A stretch of DNA of 64,000 nucleotides from Nitrospira lenta (lineage in GTDB: Bacteria; Nitrospirota; Nitrospiria; Nitrospirales; Nitrospiraceae). Shown here one piece after another: positions 51,195-59,894 of this stretch; within the stretch, counting starts at the first letter, position 1; every line of letters begins with the position of its first letter. Where the stretch lies: the NCBI GenBank assembly GCA_945905765.1, contig CAMDPZ010000002.1, positions 3,123-67,122 of the forward strand, read 5' to 3'. The notes below the pieces were generated by a model that was given only the letters and a program-made list of their open reading frames with translations, had not been told where the DNA came from and searched no databases. Made by a program: the position numbers and the translations under genes.

Positions 51195-51701
51195 ATGGTT
51201 TTGGAAACACAGATAATGCGGGAACGGAGCGAGGGCGGGTTTTCCCTGATCGAGGGCATGCTGGCCAGCGTGATTCTGGCCATCGGCGTGCTGGCCCTGT
51301 CGACCATGCAAATGTTCTCGCTGGGCCGTAATGTCGATGCGAATGAAATGACGCGCGTGACGAATTTCGCCGCCGACATGATGGAGCGGATTCAATCCAA
51401 TCGGCGCAATGTCACAGCCTATAACGGGATCGATACGTCCGTGGCCTGTACGATCGATTCAGTGGCGCAGCCGACTGCGCGGGGCGATTGTGACCAATGG
51501 AGCGCGTTGCTCACCGGGAGTTTTGCCTCAGGGGTGGGAGGGCTCCGCGGCCAGGTTGCGGTGACGCCGACCGGCCCGACGAATCCTTCATTGAATATGA
51601 GTAGCGTTGTCGTGACTGTGACATGGAGCGGAGCTGCCGGAGTCGGCAAGATCGCCCGGCAACGGCAGGTCGTGACCACGACCGTGGTCGCTCCTGAATG
51701 A
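51195..51701 (+). CDS. pilV: PilV-like minor pilin
   Basis: ...RERSEGGFSLIEGMLASVILAIGVLALSTMQ. ATG at 51216 is a plausible alternative start. Confidence 0.7.
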   Translation: MVLETQIMRERSEGGFSLIEGMLASVILAIGVLALSTMQMFSLGRNVDANEMTRVTNFAADMMERIQSNRRNVTAYNGIDTSVACTIDSVAQPTARGDCDQWSALLTGSFASGVGGLRGQVAVTPTGPTNPSLNMSSVVVTVTWSGAAGVGKIARQRQVVTTTVVAPE

Positions 51702-52816
51702 CCCTGAATGTAGGGATTATGATGAATGTGATGCTGGCAAAAAAATGCGAACGATATGCTGGTTCACCCCTGGCGCCGGAGCAGGGGATGACGCTGATTG
51801 AATTGATGGTGGGGCTGGTGGTGGCCATGGTGGTGACCGCCGCGGCCTTCACGATGTTGATTACAACCCAAAAGGCCACGAAGGCCAATGATCAAGTGGT
51901 TGAAACGCAGCAAAACTCACGCATCGCGATGGACCTGCTATCCCGCGATATCAAACTTGCCGGATTCGGCATGACGGGGCCGGTCGGAGCTTGCGCGACG
52001 GCCATCGTTCCGATGGACCAGACGCCCGCCGGTGTTGACGGGGGCCCCGATTCTATTCGGCTGTTGGTGCCGGTCGGTAAGTCGAGCGCTCCCGCCTGGA
52101 GTCTTGAGAATGCGGTCGGGGGCACAGCCAGCTTCAACCAGATTACGCTGCCGGTCGGCGCCGTGGCAGATATGGCGACGGAGGCAGGCGGAAGTTTGAC
52201 CGGCGCGGTGGTGACGATCGGAGGCGTCGCCACGGTTTCCGTCACCTCCGTCACCGGCAACAGTCTGAACTTTGCGTCGATCCCTGCGCCGACAGCCTTT
52301 CCTGCCGGTATGCCGGTGTATCTGTTGCAATGCGTGACCTACTCGATCGGAACGACGACGGCGATTTGCAGCGGCGACGCCCCCTGTCTGCTCAGAAACG
52401 GCGTGTCCGTTGCCGACGGAGTCGAGGACATTCAATTCGCCTATGCCTGCGACGGCTGCAATAACGCGGTCAATGGGGGGGCCGCGGACCGGATCATCGA
52501 CAATCAGGGGGGCGCAGCCGGCTTCGATCAGGCGGATTTCATCACCGATAATGCGTGGAACATTGCGCCCATGACACCGGACACGATCCGACTGGTGCAG
52601 GTGAGTATCGTCGCGCGGCAAACGGACTCAGACCAGGGACTGGGGGAAGGAATGGGCGCCGCGGCTCTTTCGCCGACCGCCTTGCAGGTGAGCGACCATA
52701 ACCATGCGCAGGGCCTCTTCGCGTCGGGCGATTTCGCCGGCCTGAATCCTCCCTATTCGGACTATCGCCGGCGTGTGTTGACCCGAACGGTTGAAACGCG
52801 CAATCAGCGGATGTGA
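51698..52816 (+). CDS. pilW: PilW-like minor pilin
   Basis: EQGMTLIELMVGLVVAMVVTAAAFTML. It overlaps the upstream stop by 4 nt. The true start is probably internal to the track ORF. Confidence 0.7.
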   Translation: MTLNVGIMMNVMLAKKCERYAGSPLAPEQGMTLIELMVGLVVAMVVTAAAFTMLITTQKATKANDQVVETQQNSRIAMDLLSRDIKLAGFGMTGPVGACATAIVPMDQTPAGVDGGPDSIRLLVPVGKSSAPAWSLENAVGGTASFNQITLPVGAVADMATEAGGSLTGAVVTIGGVATVSVTSVTGNSLNFASIPAPTAFPAGMPVYLLQCVTYSIGTTTAICSGDAPCLLRNGVSVADGVEDIQFAYACDGCNNAVNGGAADRIIDNQGGAAGFDQADFITDNAWNIAPMTPDTIRLVQVSIVARQTDSDQGLGEGMGAAALSPTALQVSDHNHAQGLFASGDFAGLNPPYSDYRRRVLTRTVETRNQRM

Positions 52817-52835
52817 GATGTGAAGGGATCACGGC

Positions 52836-53474
52836 ATGAGGGCCAGTAACATGTTGGACAACAGCAGAAACCGTGTGGCGAATGAGCAAGGGGTCGCCAT
52901 GCTCACCGTTCTGCTCATCATGCTGATGATGACGGTACTGGGTGTCGCAGCCCTGACCGTGACCGGATTCGAAAGCCGGATGGCTGGTTTCGTGACCTCG
53001 ACGGAATCCGCCACGACTGCGGCAGAGGCCTGCACCGGGACCGCCGTCAACGTGCTGCAGCAGACGATCGATCCCTATGTGGGAGGCGGTATCGTGCCGG
53101 CGGCTTTTTTGAGCAATGCGACTCCCGCCGGGCCTGTTCCCCAAGCGAATGCCACGGTGTTGGGTCAGGAAATCATGGGCCAGTCCGACAATAACCTCGA
53201 TGTGCCGGTCGGCACAGGTGCGGCGCCAAATTTAGATCAGACGGTAGGAGCCTATCGGGTGAGAGGCGATATCGACCGGCTCTATTTGAAAGGCAAGGCA
53301 GGGTCCGGTATGCAGCAGTTCGCGGGCTATGAGGGCACGGGAAATTCCGCCGTCGGGTCTTCTGATATCTATTACCGGGTCGATTGTATTGCGGAGAACA
53401 CGGCGACGGGGACCTCTGCGCGAGTCACAGCGGTCTATGCCTGCACGCTCACCGGCGAGACCTGTCAGAAATGA
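52836..53474 (+). CDS. pilX: PilX-like minor pilin
   Basis: NEQGVAMLTVLLIMLMMTVLGVAALTVTGFESRMAG, a PilX N-terminal domain signature. Confidence 0.7.
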   Translation: MRASNMLDNSRNRVANEQGVAMLTVLLIMLMMTVLGVAALTVTGFESRMAGFVTSTESATTAAEACTGTAVNVLQQTIDPYVGGGIVPAAFLSNATPAGPVPQANATVLGQEIMGQSDNNLDVPVGTGAAPNLDQTVGAYRVRGDIDRLYLKGKAGSGMQQFAGYEGTGNSAVGSSDIYYRVDCIAENTATGTSARVTAVYACTLTGETCQK

Positions 53475-53845
53475 GGCGCGACATGGATGGCAATAAAGCG
53501 ATGGATTTCAGGCAAGTGAGCATCGGCGTTGCGAGGCGAAACAAGGCAATGTGCGTGCTATGCGTAATCCTTCTGGCTGCGGCGCCGGAACTTCTTGCGC
53601 CGGTTGCTTGGGCTGAATCGTCGAATGCCGAGTTCCGCGGTTCTTTAGAGGAAGGCGAAATCACCGGAGTCGGTCAGACCACGCTCGATGTGAAGGGCAC
53701 GACCTATCGCCTGCACCAGAAAATGACTCTGTTGGATGACGAAGGTCGTCTGATGGAGTGGAGTCAGCTTAGGCCCGGGCTGATCGTGCAGTACCAGCTC
53801 AAGGACGGGGCTCTATACAAGATCATCGTGATCATCCCGAGGTAA
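53471..53845 (+). CDS. small secreted hypothetical protein within the pilus operon
   Basis: ATG at 53471 overlaps the pilX stop (ATGA). Signal-like segment MCVLCVILLAAAPELLAPVAWA. Confidence 0.5.
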   Translation: MRRDMDGNKAMDFRQVSIGVARRNKAMCVLCVILLAAAPELLAPVAWAESSNAEFRGSLEEGEITGVGQTTLDVKGTTYRLHQKMTLLDDEGRLMEWSQLRPGLIVQYQLKDGALYKIIVIIPR

Positions 53846-53931
53846 GAGAAATCAGCGAGCCGTGCCTGTCAGCCTCAATCAGGCGGATGAGCCGATTGGG
53901 TGCATGACCGATAGGAGGCGGAAGTGCAATT

Positions 53932-56469
53932 ATGAAAACACGACACGACAATTTCGGCGCGAAAATTATTTGGGCGGGACTTTGTGTCCTGGGAATGATG
54001 CCGCTCTGTTTTCCCTTGGAAGCCCAGGCGCAGGCGATGGCGGATTACACGTCCATCCCTCCGTTCATTGCCGACGCGGTTCCTCCGAACGTCCTCTTGT
54101 TGATGGATAACAGCGGCAGTATGAATAGTTCGGCCTACCACAATGCCAATGAGGCCTATGATTCGACAAAGTCCTATAACGGTTATTTCTCTCCCACGAA
54201 ATGCTACAGCTACGCTTCCAATAAATTCACTCCCGGCGCAGACAAAGCCGCCAGTGGCAATCCCTGCAGCGCTGGCGCTCCTTGGTTAGGGAGTTTTTTG
54301 AACTACCTGATGATGACCAGGCTGGAGATTACCAAGTGGGTCATGATGGGAGGCAAATGCGCCCCGCGGGCTGTCGCTGGGACTTGTTTCCCCGGGGGCA
54401 CCCTGACGCTGGAGACGACTGCATCGGTAAACTCCATCGATGTGGATGGGACCGGTATCAGCCCCTATACATCTGTGAAGTGTTTTGACCGGTCTGGCAA
54501 TAGTCTCACGGTTAAGAATGGCGCAGGCTGCGGAGGCACGGCTGACTCCTATACGCTTAAGGCCGAGATTGCGGCGGAGCCTGACGGGATCATTCAGGCT
54601 GTGGGGAATAAGGCTCGTTTCGGCCTCATGCAATTTAAGGGGGCGGGAGATGGAGGCCAGGTCTTGGCCGATGTCGGCGGCAATATCACCACGCTGGTCA
54701 ACCAGATCGAAAATACCAACGCTGCAACCTATACGCCATTGGCCGAATCGCTCTATGAGGCCACGCGCTACTTTGCGCAGATTGCTCCGGCCTTTGCCAA
54801 TTCCGATTATTCTTACACTGTCACCAGCCGCGACCCCTATTACTTCAAGTCTCCTGATTGGAGCTCCACTCCGCCGGGCAACTATGTAACGTGCTGTAAA
54901 AGTTTCGTCATGATCTTTACCGATGGCGAGCCGACGCAGGACGTGAATGTTCCGGCGAGCCTGCAGGACTATGCCCACTCCTATCACGCCGCGCATTGTA
55001 CCAGCACGACGTCGACCACCTGCGTGGGGCATAAGACCGATTATGCGTCCGGCGGGAAACACTATCTGGATGATGTGGCCTATTACGCCCACACGACGGA
55101 TCTTCGTCAGGCGACCTTGCCGGTACTCAATGAGGCGGGGAAAGATCTGACGGGGTTCCAGAACCTCACGGTCTATACCTTTTACGCGTTCGGTCAGGCG
55201 ATCGGGCGGGAGATTTTGCAGACGTCGGCCAAGACCGGAGGGTTTGAAGACCGGAACGGGAACAATCAGCCGGACTTAGTCGAAGAATATGACAAGGTGA
55301 ACAACTATACCGGGGCGCAGGGCGCTGACGGCCTTCCCGATACCTATTTCGAATCGGCCGATGCCGACGACCTTAGGGACAAACTCCTCTCCGCCATCAC
55401 CAGTATCCTCCAGCGTAGCGCCTCCGGAACGGCCGTTTCGGTGCTCGCGACCTCATCTACCGGCGACGGGTCCCTCTACCAATCGTTTTTCTATCCCCTC
55501 ACCTACGAAGGGGTCAGGGATGTGAAATGGACCGGTTATACCCAGGGCCTCTTCCTGGACACTTACGGAAATCTTCGCGAGGATACGAACGCCGATGGGC
55601 GGCTGGTCTATAGCGACGATAAGATTGTGCGGACCAGATTCGATGTGGCGACCAACACCGTGTTTGTCGATCGCTATCACGACAGCAACGGCGACGGGAA
55701 GGCGGACAGCGTGACCGCCTATGAATCGATTGCCTTGCGCGATATGAAGCCGGTCTGGGAGGCAGGCAAACGTCTGGCCTTGACCGATCCGGCGAATCGA
55801 ACGGTCCTCACCTGGGTGGATCTCAATAATAATGGCCTGGTCGATGCAGGGGAGCAGCTCCCGTTCACGACGGCCAACTCCGCCACCTTGAGCCCTTATC
55901 TCAGGGCCGGCGCGTCCCCCTATACGGCCGACAACATCATCAATTTCATTCGCGGCACCCAGGTCAGTGGTTTGCGCGACCGGCAATTGACCGTGGGAGC
56001 TACGCTTGCCGTGTGGAAGTATGGAGATCCGATCCATTCGACGCCGACGGTGATCGGGCCGCCGAAAGAACGGTTCGATCTATTGTATGGCGACTCCACC
56101 TATACGGCGTTTTTTCAGCAATATAAGAATCGCCGTTTGGTCGCCTACATTGGCTCGAACGACGGGATGATGCATGCCTTCAACGGCGGGTTCTATCATC
56201 GGGGTGACGACCCCTCCACCGGGTCGTCTGTCGAACATGGTTGGTTCACGAAAAATCAAACGGACAATACGAGCGGCCAGGCCTTGGGGGACGAGTTGTG
56301 GGGGTTCATCCCCTATCAGCTGCTTCCCCATCTGAAGTGGCTGACCCAGTCGGATTATACCCATGTCTATTACGTCGATCTCAAGCCGAAGGTAACCGAC
56401 GCCAGGATTTTCACCTCCCTTGCTAGACTCGACTTCACTTTAAAAACAAGAGGTTGTACCCCCGACTGA
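53932..56469 (+). CDS. pilY1: vWA-domain PilY1-like pilus tip adhesin, apparently 3'-truncated at the composition break
   Basis: Signal peptide. The vWA MIDAS motif is LLLMDNSGSM, then ...TPLAESLYEA... and ...MIFTDGEPT. PilY1-type C-terminal region (IGSNDGMMHAFNGG..., ...HVYYVDLKPKVTDARIF). The last 15-20 codons are AT-rich and look unrelated. Confidence 0.8.
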   Translation: MKTRHDNFGAKIIWAGLCVLGMMPLCFPLEAQAQAMADYTSIPPFIADAVPPNVLLLMDNSGSMNSSAYHNANEAYDSTKSYNGYFSPTKCYSYASNKFTPGADKAASGNPCSAGAPWLGSFLNYLMMTRLEITKWVMMGGKCAPRAVAGTCFPGGTLTLETTASVNSIDVDGTGISPYTSVKCFDRSGNSLTVKNGAGCGGTADSYTLKAEIAAEPDGIIQAVGNKARFGLMQFKGAGDGGQVLADVGGNITTLVNQIENTNAATYTPLAESLYEATRYFAQIAPAFANSDYSYTVTSRDPYYFKSPDWSSTPPGNYVTCCKSFVMIFTDGEPTQDVNVPASLQDYAHSYHAAHCTSTTSTTCVGHKTDYASGGKHYLDDVAYYAHTTDLRQATLPVLNEAGKDLTGFQNLTVYTFYAFGQAIGREILQTSAKTGGFEDRNGNNQPDLVEEYDKVNNYTGAQGADGLPDTYFESADADDLRDKLLSAITSILQRSASGTAVSVLATSSTGDGSLYQSFFYPLTYEGVRDVKWTGYTQGLFLDTYGNLREDTNADGRLVYSDDKIVRTRFDVATNTVFVDRYHDSNGDGKADSVTAYESIALRDMKPVWEAGKRLALTDPANRTVLTWVDLNNNGLVDAGEQLPFTTANSATLSPYLRAGASPYTADNIINFIRGTQVSGLRDRQLTVGATLAVWKYGDPIHSTPTVIGPPKERFDLLYGDSTYTAFFQQYKNRRLVAYIGSNDGMMHAFNGGFYHRGDDPSTGSSVEHGWFTKNQTDNTSGQALGDELWGFIPYQLLPHLKWLTQSDYTHVYYVDLKPKVTDARIFTSLARLDFTLKTRGCTPD

Positions 56470-56547
56470 AAACTTTGTGCACAGTTTGCGGAGTACAGAA
56501 CGCTTTTGTTTTTCGTGCCAAGCGTAAATTCTACAGTAGAAATCATT

Positions 56548-56952
56548 TTAGCTATACCTGTCTTCCTTGCCGTCTAACTTTTCTACTGGCGTATTTCTCT
56601 GCTGTGAAAACCCGTCTTTTGAGTCATTAGACGCTTTTTGAAGCGTAGGCAAAGTCTTGTCGAGGGTAGCTACTCTAGCCTGTTGGGTTGTGCGTGCTGG
56701 CAATGGCTTTTGTATGTGAGGCACTTTTGCTTGCACTACTGTCTTGTGAGGACTTGGTAATTTTGGCGGCGGCGGGGCATATGGCGCCTTGGGGTTGCGG
56801 GGCTTTGCTGTACGGGGCTTAGAAGCCGCCTTCTGTTGTGCTTGCTGTGCCTGTTGGCGCTGTTGGGTTGTTATAGCTTCCCACGTCTTATCCATAATTA
56901 TTTTTAAAAGTCCGACTTGTTCCTCTGCATTTGCTATTTCACTAATTCTCAT
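56548..56952 (-). CDS. hypothetical protein with a Gln/Pro/Lys-rich low-complexity core
   Basis: 134-aa ORF: ...TTQQRQQAQQAQQKAASKPRTAKPRNPKAPYAPPPPKLPSP... It is co-oriented with the upstream gene. Confidence 0.45.
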   Translation of the reverse strand: MRISEIANAEEQVGLLKIIMDKTWEAITTQQRQQAQQAQQKAASKPRTAKPRNPKAPYAPPPPKLPSPHKTVVQAKVPHIQKPLPARTTQQARVATLDKTLPTLQKASNDSKDGFSQQRNTPVEKLDGKEDRYS

Positions 56953-57068
56953 GGCTTTCTCCTATTCTTATATTTAGCGAGGTTGTTTTGAAAGAGTCCA
57001 TTTAATAGACACTCAGTCCACAAGAAGAAGCAGGACTAACACTCCTAAAAGTATTAGTCCCACTTCAT

Positions 57069-57506
57069 TCATTTGCCGAACCTTGCACGGACTGCGCCGC
57101 TTGCCGCTTCGATTTGACTGTCTAACTCTCCGCCTTCAACAGCACGTTTAATAATTTCTAAAGTCCCAATTAATTCGGCGGCACTAGCAATTTCAATACT
57201 TGGCTTTCCTTTTGAAATTTCTAAAATTTTTGTGCCGTACTTAACGTTGAGGCAAACCTTGCCGCCTTCCGAAACAAACCACCAAGGACGGACACGCTTT
57301 TGCATTTCAATTGTTTTCGTAGCACCGTCAATGTCGCGTACCGTTTTAAAACGTTTCGTGTTGAATGTCTCGCCTGCTTGCTGTGCTTTTGCCAACTGCA
57401 TTTGTTCCCACAGCTTCGTAGACAACTTGTTGCGTCTATGTTGAATGGGCGGCATAGCTGTAGGACGCTTTGCTGTGCTGAGTTTCAAACTGCTTAATGT
57501 ACTCAT
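57069..57506 (-). CDS. hypothetical protein (145 aa)
   Basis: Clean ORF preceded by AAGGAGAAA on the minus strand. No motif recognised. Confidence 0.55.
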   Translation of the reverse strand: MSTLSSLKLSTAKRPTAMPPIQHRRNKLSTKLWEQMQLAKAQQAGETFNTKRFKTVRDIDGATKTIEMQKRVRPWWFVSEGGKVCLNVKYGTKILEISKGKPSIEIASAAELIGTLEIIKRAVEGGELDSQIEAASGAVRARFGK

Positions 57507-57552
57507 TCGTTTCTCCTTTGTGCGTTGAGTACATGCACGTTAATTTCACTCT

Positions 57553-57568
57553 TTTGGTTTGGACAACC
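57553..57568. repeat. left arm of a 16-bp inverted repeat (15/16 match)
   Basis: tttggtttggacaacc. Its reverse complement ggttgTccaaaccaaa matches ggttgCccaaaccaaa at 58495-58510. Confidence 0.6.
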
Positions 57569-58494
57569 TCTTTTTGCCATTAGCAGTCTTAACCTAATAA
57601 TTCTTGCCACATTTAGCATTCTTTTATTAGGTTTAGCTAAATAAATGTAGCAAACAGAAAAGAAGAAAAGTCTGTTGTTGCTAAAAATCACTACTGATTA
57701 TGAGTTGTGGCACTCAGTCGTTATGCCACCCTAAACCTGGACATTGGTGTTCGCAGGGACGGAAATTCTGTGCAGTAGCAGAGACTTTCATTCACTATCC
57801 TTTACAGGACGCTATTGGAATTTGCTAGCCAATTGAATAAAGAATATCTAACAGCACAAAGTCGACAGCCCAATAGCTGTGCGTCACGAGAAAGCCCTGC
57901 CTACACAGCAACTTTCAAACACTACAAATAGTTGGCACTTCGGCATTTGTAGTTTGCGTTTTATTTCAACCGCATATAAAAGGAGACAGCAAAACCGCCC
58001 TTACCTTTTCAAAGGTTATGCCAGAAGTGCTGTGGTAACGAACTCAGCAAAATTTCCGAACCCAAACATTGAGCCTTTTTACTAAGGCTCAGTGTGGGTT
58101 GAATCTTGCAAAATATCACAAATAAATTCTAAGAAAAAAGAAATGTGTGAGTGACAACGAAACACAAGGGAGTGTTAACTCCCTTTCAAGTGCTAGCTGT
58201 ATCCATAAGGGTATAGGTAGAAAATCAAGCCCGAGAAAGCGTAAGTAACTGACTACAATTTTTGGTAGCGCAGAAAATACAGGGCTGTATACCCAATTCT
58301 GGTTCAAATTATTCGTGTAAGCGGCGCAAAGCTAGAAGTGAATGCCCAAGTAGTAGCGTCCTTTAAATAGACGCTTGCAGGGCTTTTAAATACGTCGTGG
58401 CTTTTCTGCCACGATAAATATAAGAGAACTCTACTTCTCTTATATTTTTTAGCTAAGTCTTTGAATTTTAATGTCTCTTTGTTTTGCCTTTTTC

Positions 58495-58510
58495 GGTTGC
58501 CCAAACCAAA
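58495..58510. repeat. right arm of the 16-bp inverted repeat
   Basis: ggttgcccaaaccaaa, about 50 nt upstream of the recombinase start codon. Confidence 0.6.
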
Positions 58511-58560
58511 TATATGAAAACATAATTTAACTCTGTATTTATTACTTTATGGAGAGAGTT

Positions 58561-59127
58561 ATGTCACAAGCAAGAGTTTTAAACCCAACTGAATTACTCC
58601 GCGTACTGGACTACGTTGCTACACGCAGGCACAGCGCACGTAACCGCGCCTCACTGCTTTTAACGCATTACGCTGGTATGCGTGTAGCTGAAGTAGCCGC
58701 ACTACGCATAAACGACGTTTTGAACGGCGACAACACTATTAAAGCTGAAATTCGTTTAATGCCGAACCAAACCAAGGGCAAACATGCACGTACTGTTTAC
58801 CTCAATGAAAGAATGCAAAAGGAATTAGCCCAGTACATTAAGTGTCTAAAAATCAAAGACGTTACCAAGCCTTTGTTTTATACACAGAAACGCGAAGGCT
58901 TTAGTCCCAACACACTCACCCAGTACTTCTTCTTTCTTTACCGCAAGGTTGGTTTGACGGGGTGTAGCAGTCATAGCGGAAGACGTAGCTTCTTAACCGG
59001 ACTTGCCAACAAAGGCACAGCCATTCACATTCTCAAGTCCCTCGCGGGGCATAGAAATATTTCGACAACTGCTTCCTACCTCTACTCAAGTCCAACTCAA
59101 CTTAAGGCGGCTGTTGAGTTAGTCTAA
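58561..59127 (+). CDS. catalytic-domain-only tyrosine recombinase, FimB/FimE-like (about 188 aa)
   Basis: Catalytic residues in context: GMRVAEV (R), TKGKHARTV (K), HSGRRSF (HxxR), GHRNISTTASYLY (H...Y). By-eye parallels to FimB: HSARN, ALRINDV, GHRNI. ATG at 58561 follows GGAGAGAG, and ATG at 58549 is an alternative start. Confidence 0.85.
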   Translation: MSQARVLNPTELLRVLDYVATRRHSARNRASLLLTHYAGMRVAEVAALRINDVLNGDNTIKAEIRLMPNQTKGKHARTVYLNERMQKELAQYIKCLKIKDVTKPLFYTQKREGFSPNTLTQYFFFLYRKVGLTGCSSHSGRRSFLTGLANKGTAIHILKSLAGHRNISTTASYLYSSPTQLKAAVELV

Positions 59128-59135
59128 GCGTCCAT

Positions 59136-59894
59136 TTAATCGACAGTACTCTTTGGGAAAACACCCAAAGACGTATTGGCAATAATTGTTTGTGCTTGCT
59201 TAACGTACCGACTCATTGCAACTGTCATTGTGTTGTGTCGCATTTTCACGTTGTCCTGTAGTTGAAAGTCCTTATGCGTTGGCGGCATTGCTACTGGCAC
59301 AAGCCTAATACTCTCGCCTAACTCCCACATGGTTTTTCTCTCTGTCTTTGGTAGGGTTTCATTCGTAACCCAAGCGTCATAGGCTTCAAGCATTTTCTTT
59401 AAGTTACTCACGCTGTAATTTCTATATAGCTTGTAGCGTGCTGTAGTTGCAGTACCACCCATTGACTTGCGCCCACGCTTGCCTTTGTGAATTGTTTCAA
59501 GTTGTGCGGCAAAGTATTGCTGTAGCTTTCGCCTGCCAATAGATAAGTTAACAGCGAAGACGGCAATGTTTTCATTCCAGTCTTCACTCCACTCACTCTT
59601 ATCTTTGAGTTGCTTAAGGTTTATGTCATTTGGTGTTTCTCCAAATAGGTAGCCGCCTTTTTGACTGCTACCACCCCACCACTCGGCAAAGTCTTCACTG
59701 CGTATGTCGCCAAAGTCTTTGTACAGCTTGGCTAGCTTGCCTGCGCCATTGTTGTCACAGCACTTTAGGTATTCCTTGTTGCGGCGCATATAAGCCCAAA
59801 ACCAGTAGTAAGGACTTTTCTCCAACTCCTTAACGGAAGTGCGCTTGTTTTTTGTGCCAACGCGCGGGTAGGCGGCTAAGAAGGTTTGTTTCAT
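59136..59894 (-). CDS. hypothetical protein, possible DUF6499/DUF2285-like element regulator
   Basis: 252-aa ORF. SPYYWFWAYMRRNKEYLKCC resembles the ...AWEFLRRNPxY... motif of ICE-associated regulator-domain proteins. This is a by-eye comparison only. Confidence 0.5.
   Translation of the reverse strand: MKQTFLAAYPRVGTKNKRTSVKELEKSPYYWFWAYMRRNKEYLKCCDNNGAGKLAKLYKDFGDIRSEDFAEWWGGSSQKGGYLFGETPNDINLKQLKDKSEWSEDWNENIAVFAVNLSIGRRKLQQYFAAQLETIHKGKRGRKSMGGTATTARYKLYRNYSVSNLKKMLEAYDAWVTNETLPKTERKTMWELGESIRLVPVAMPPTHKDFQLQDNVKMRHNTMTVAMSRYVKQAQTIIANTSLGVFPKSTVD

Noticed and set aside
57708-57725. TGGCAC sequences in the island spacer (57708 and 57933) as possible sigma-54 -24 elements.
   Set aside because: Neither has a TTGC at the required GG-N10-GC spacing.
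57503-58504. Small ORFs inside the island spacer: 57503-57691(-), 57879-58085(+), 58116-58307(-) and 58304-58504(-).
   Set aside because: All are 62-68 aa with no ribosome-binding sites that I can see, and their composition is typical of random frames in AT-rich DNA. The last one starts inside the right inverted-repeat arm. I left them uncalled, though a real micro-ORF cannot be excluded.
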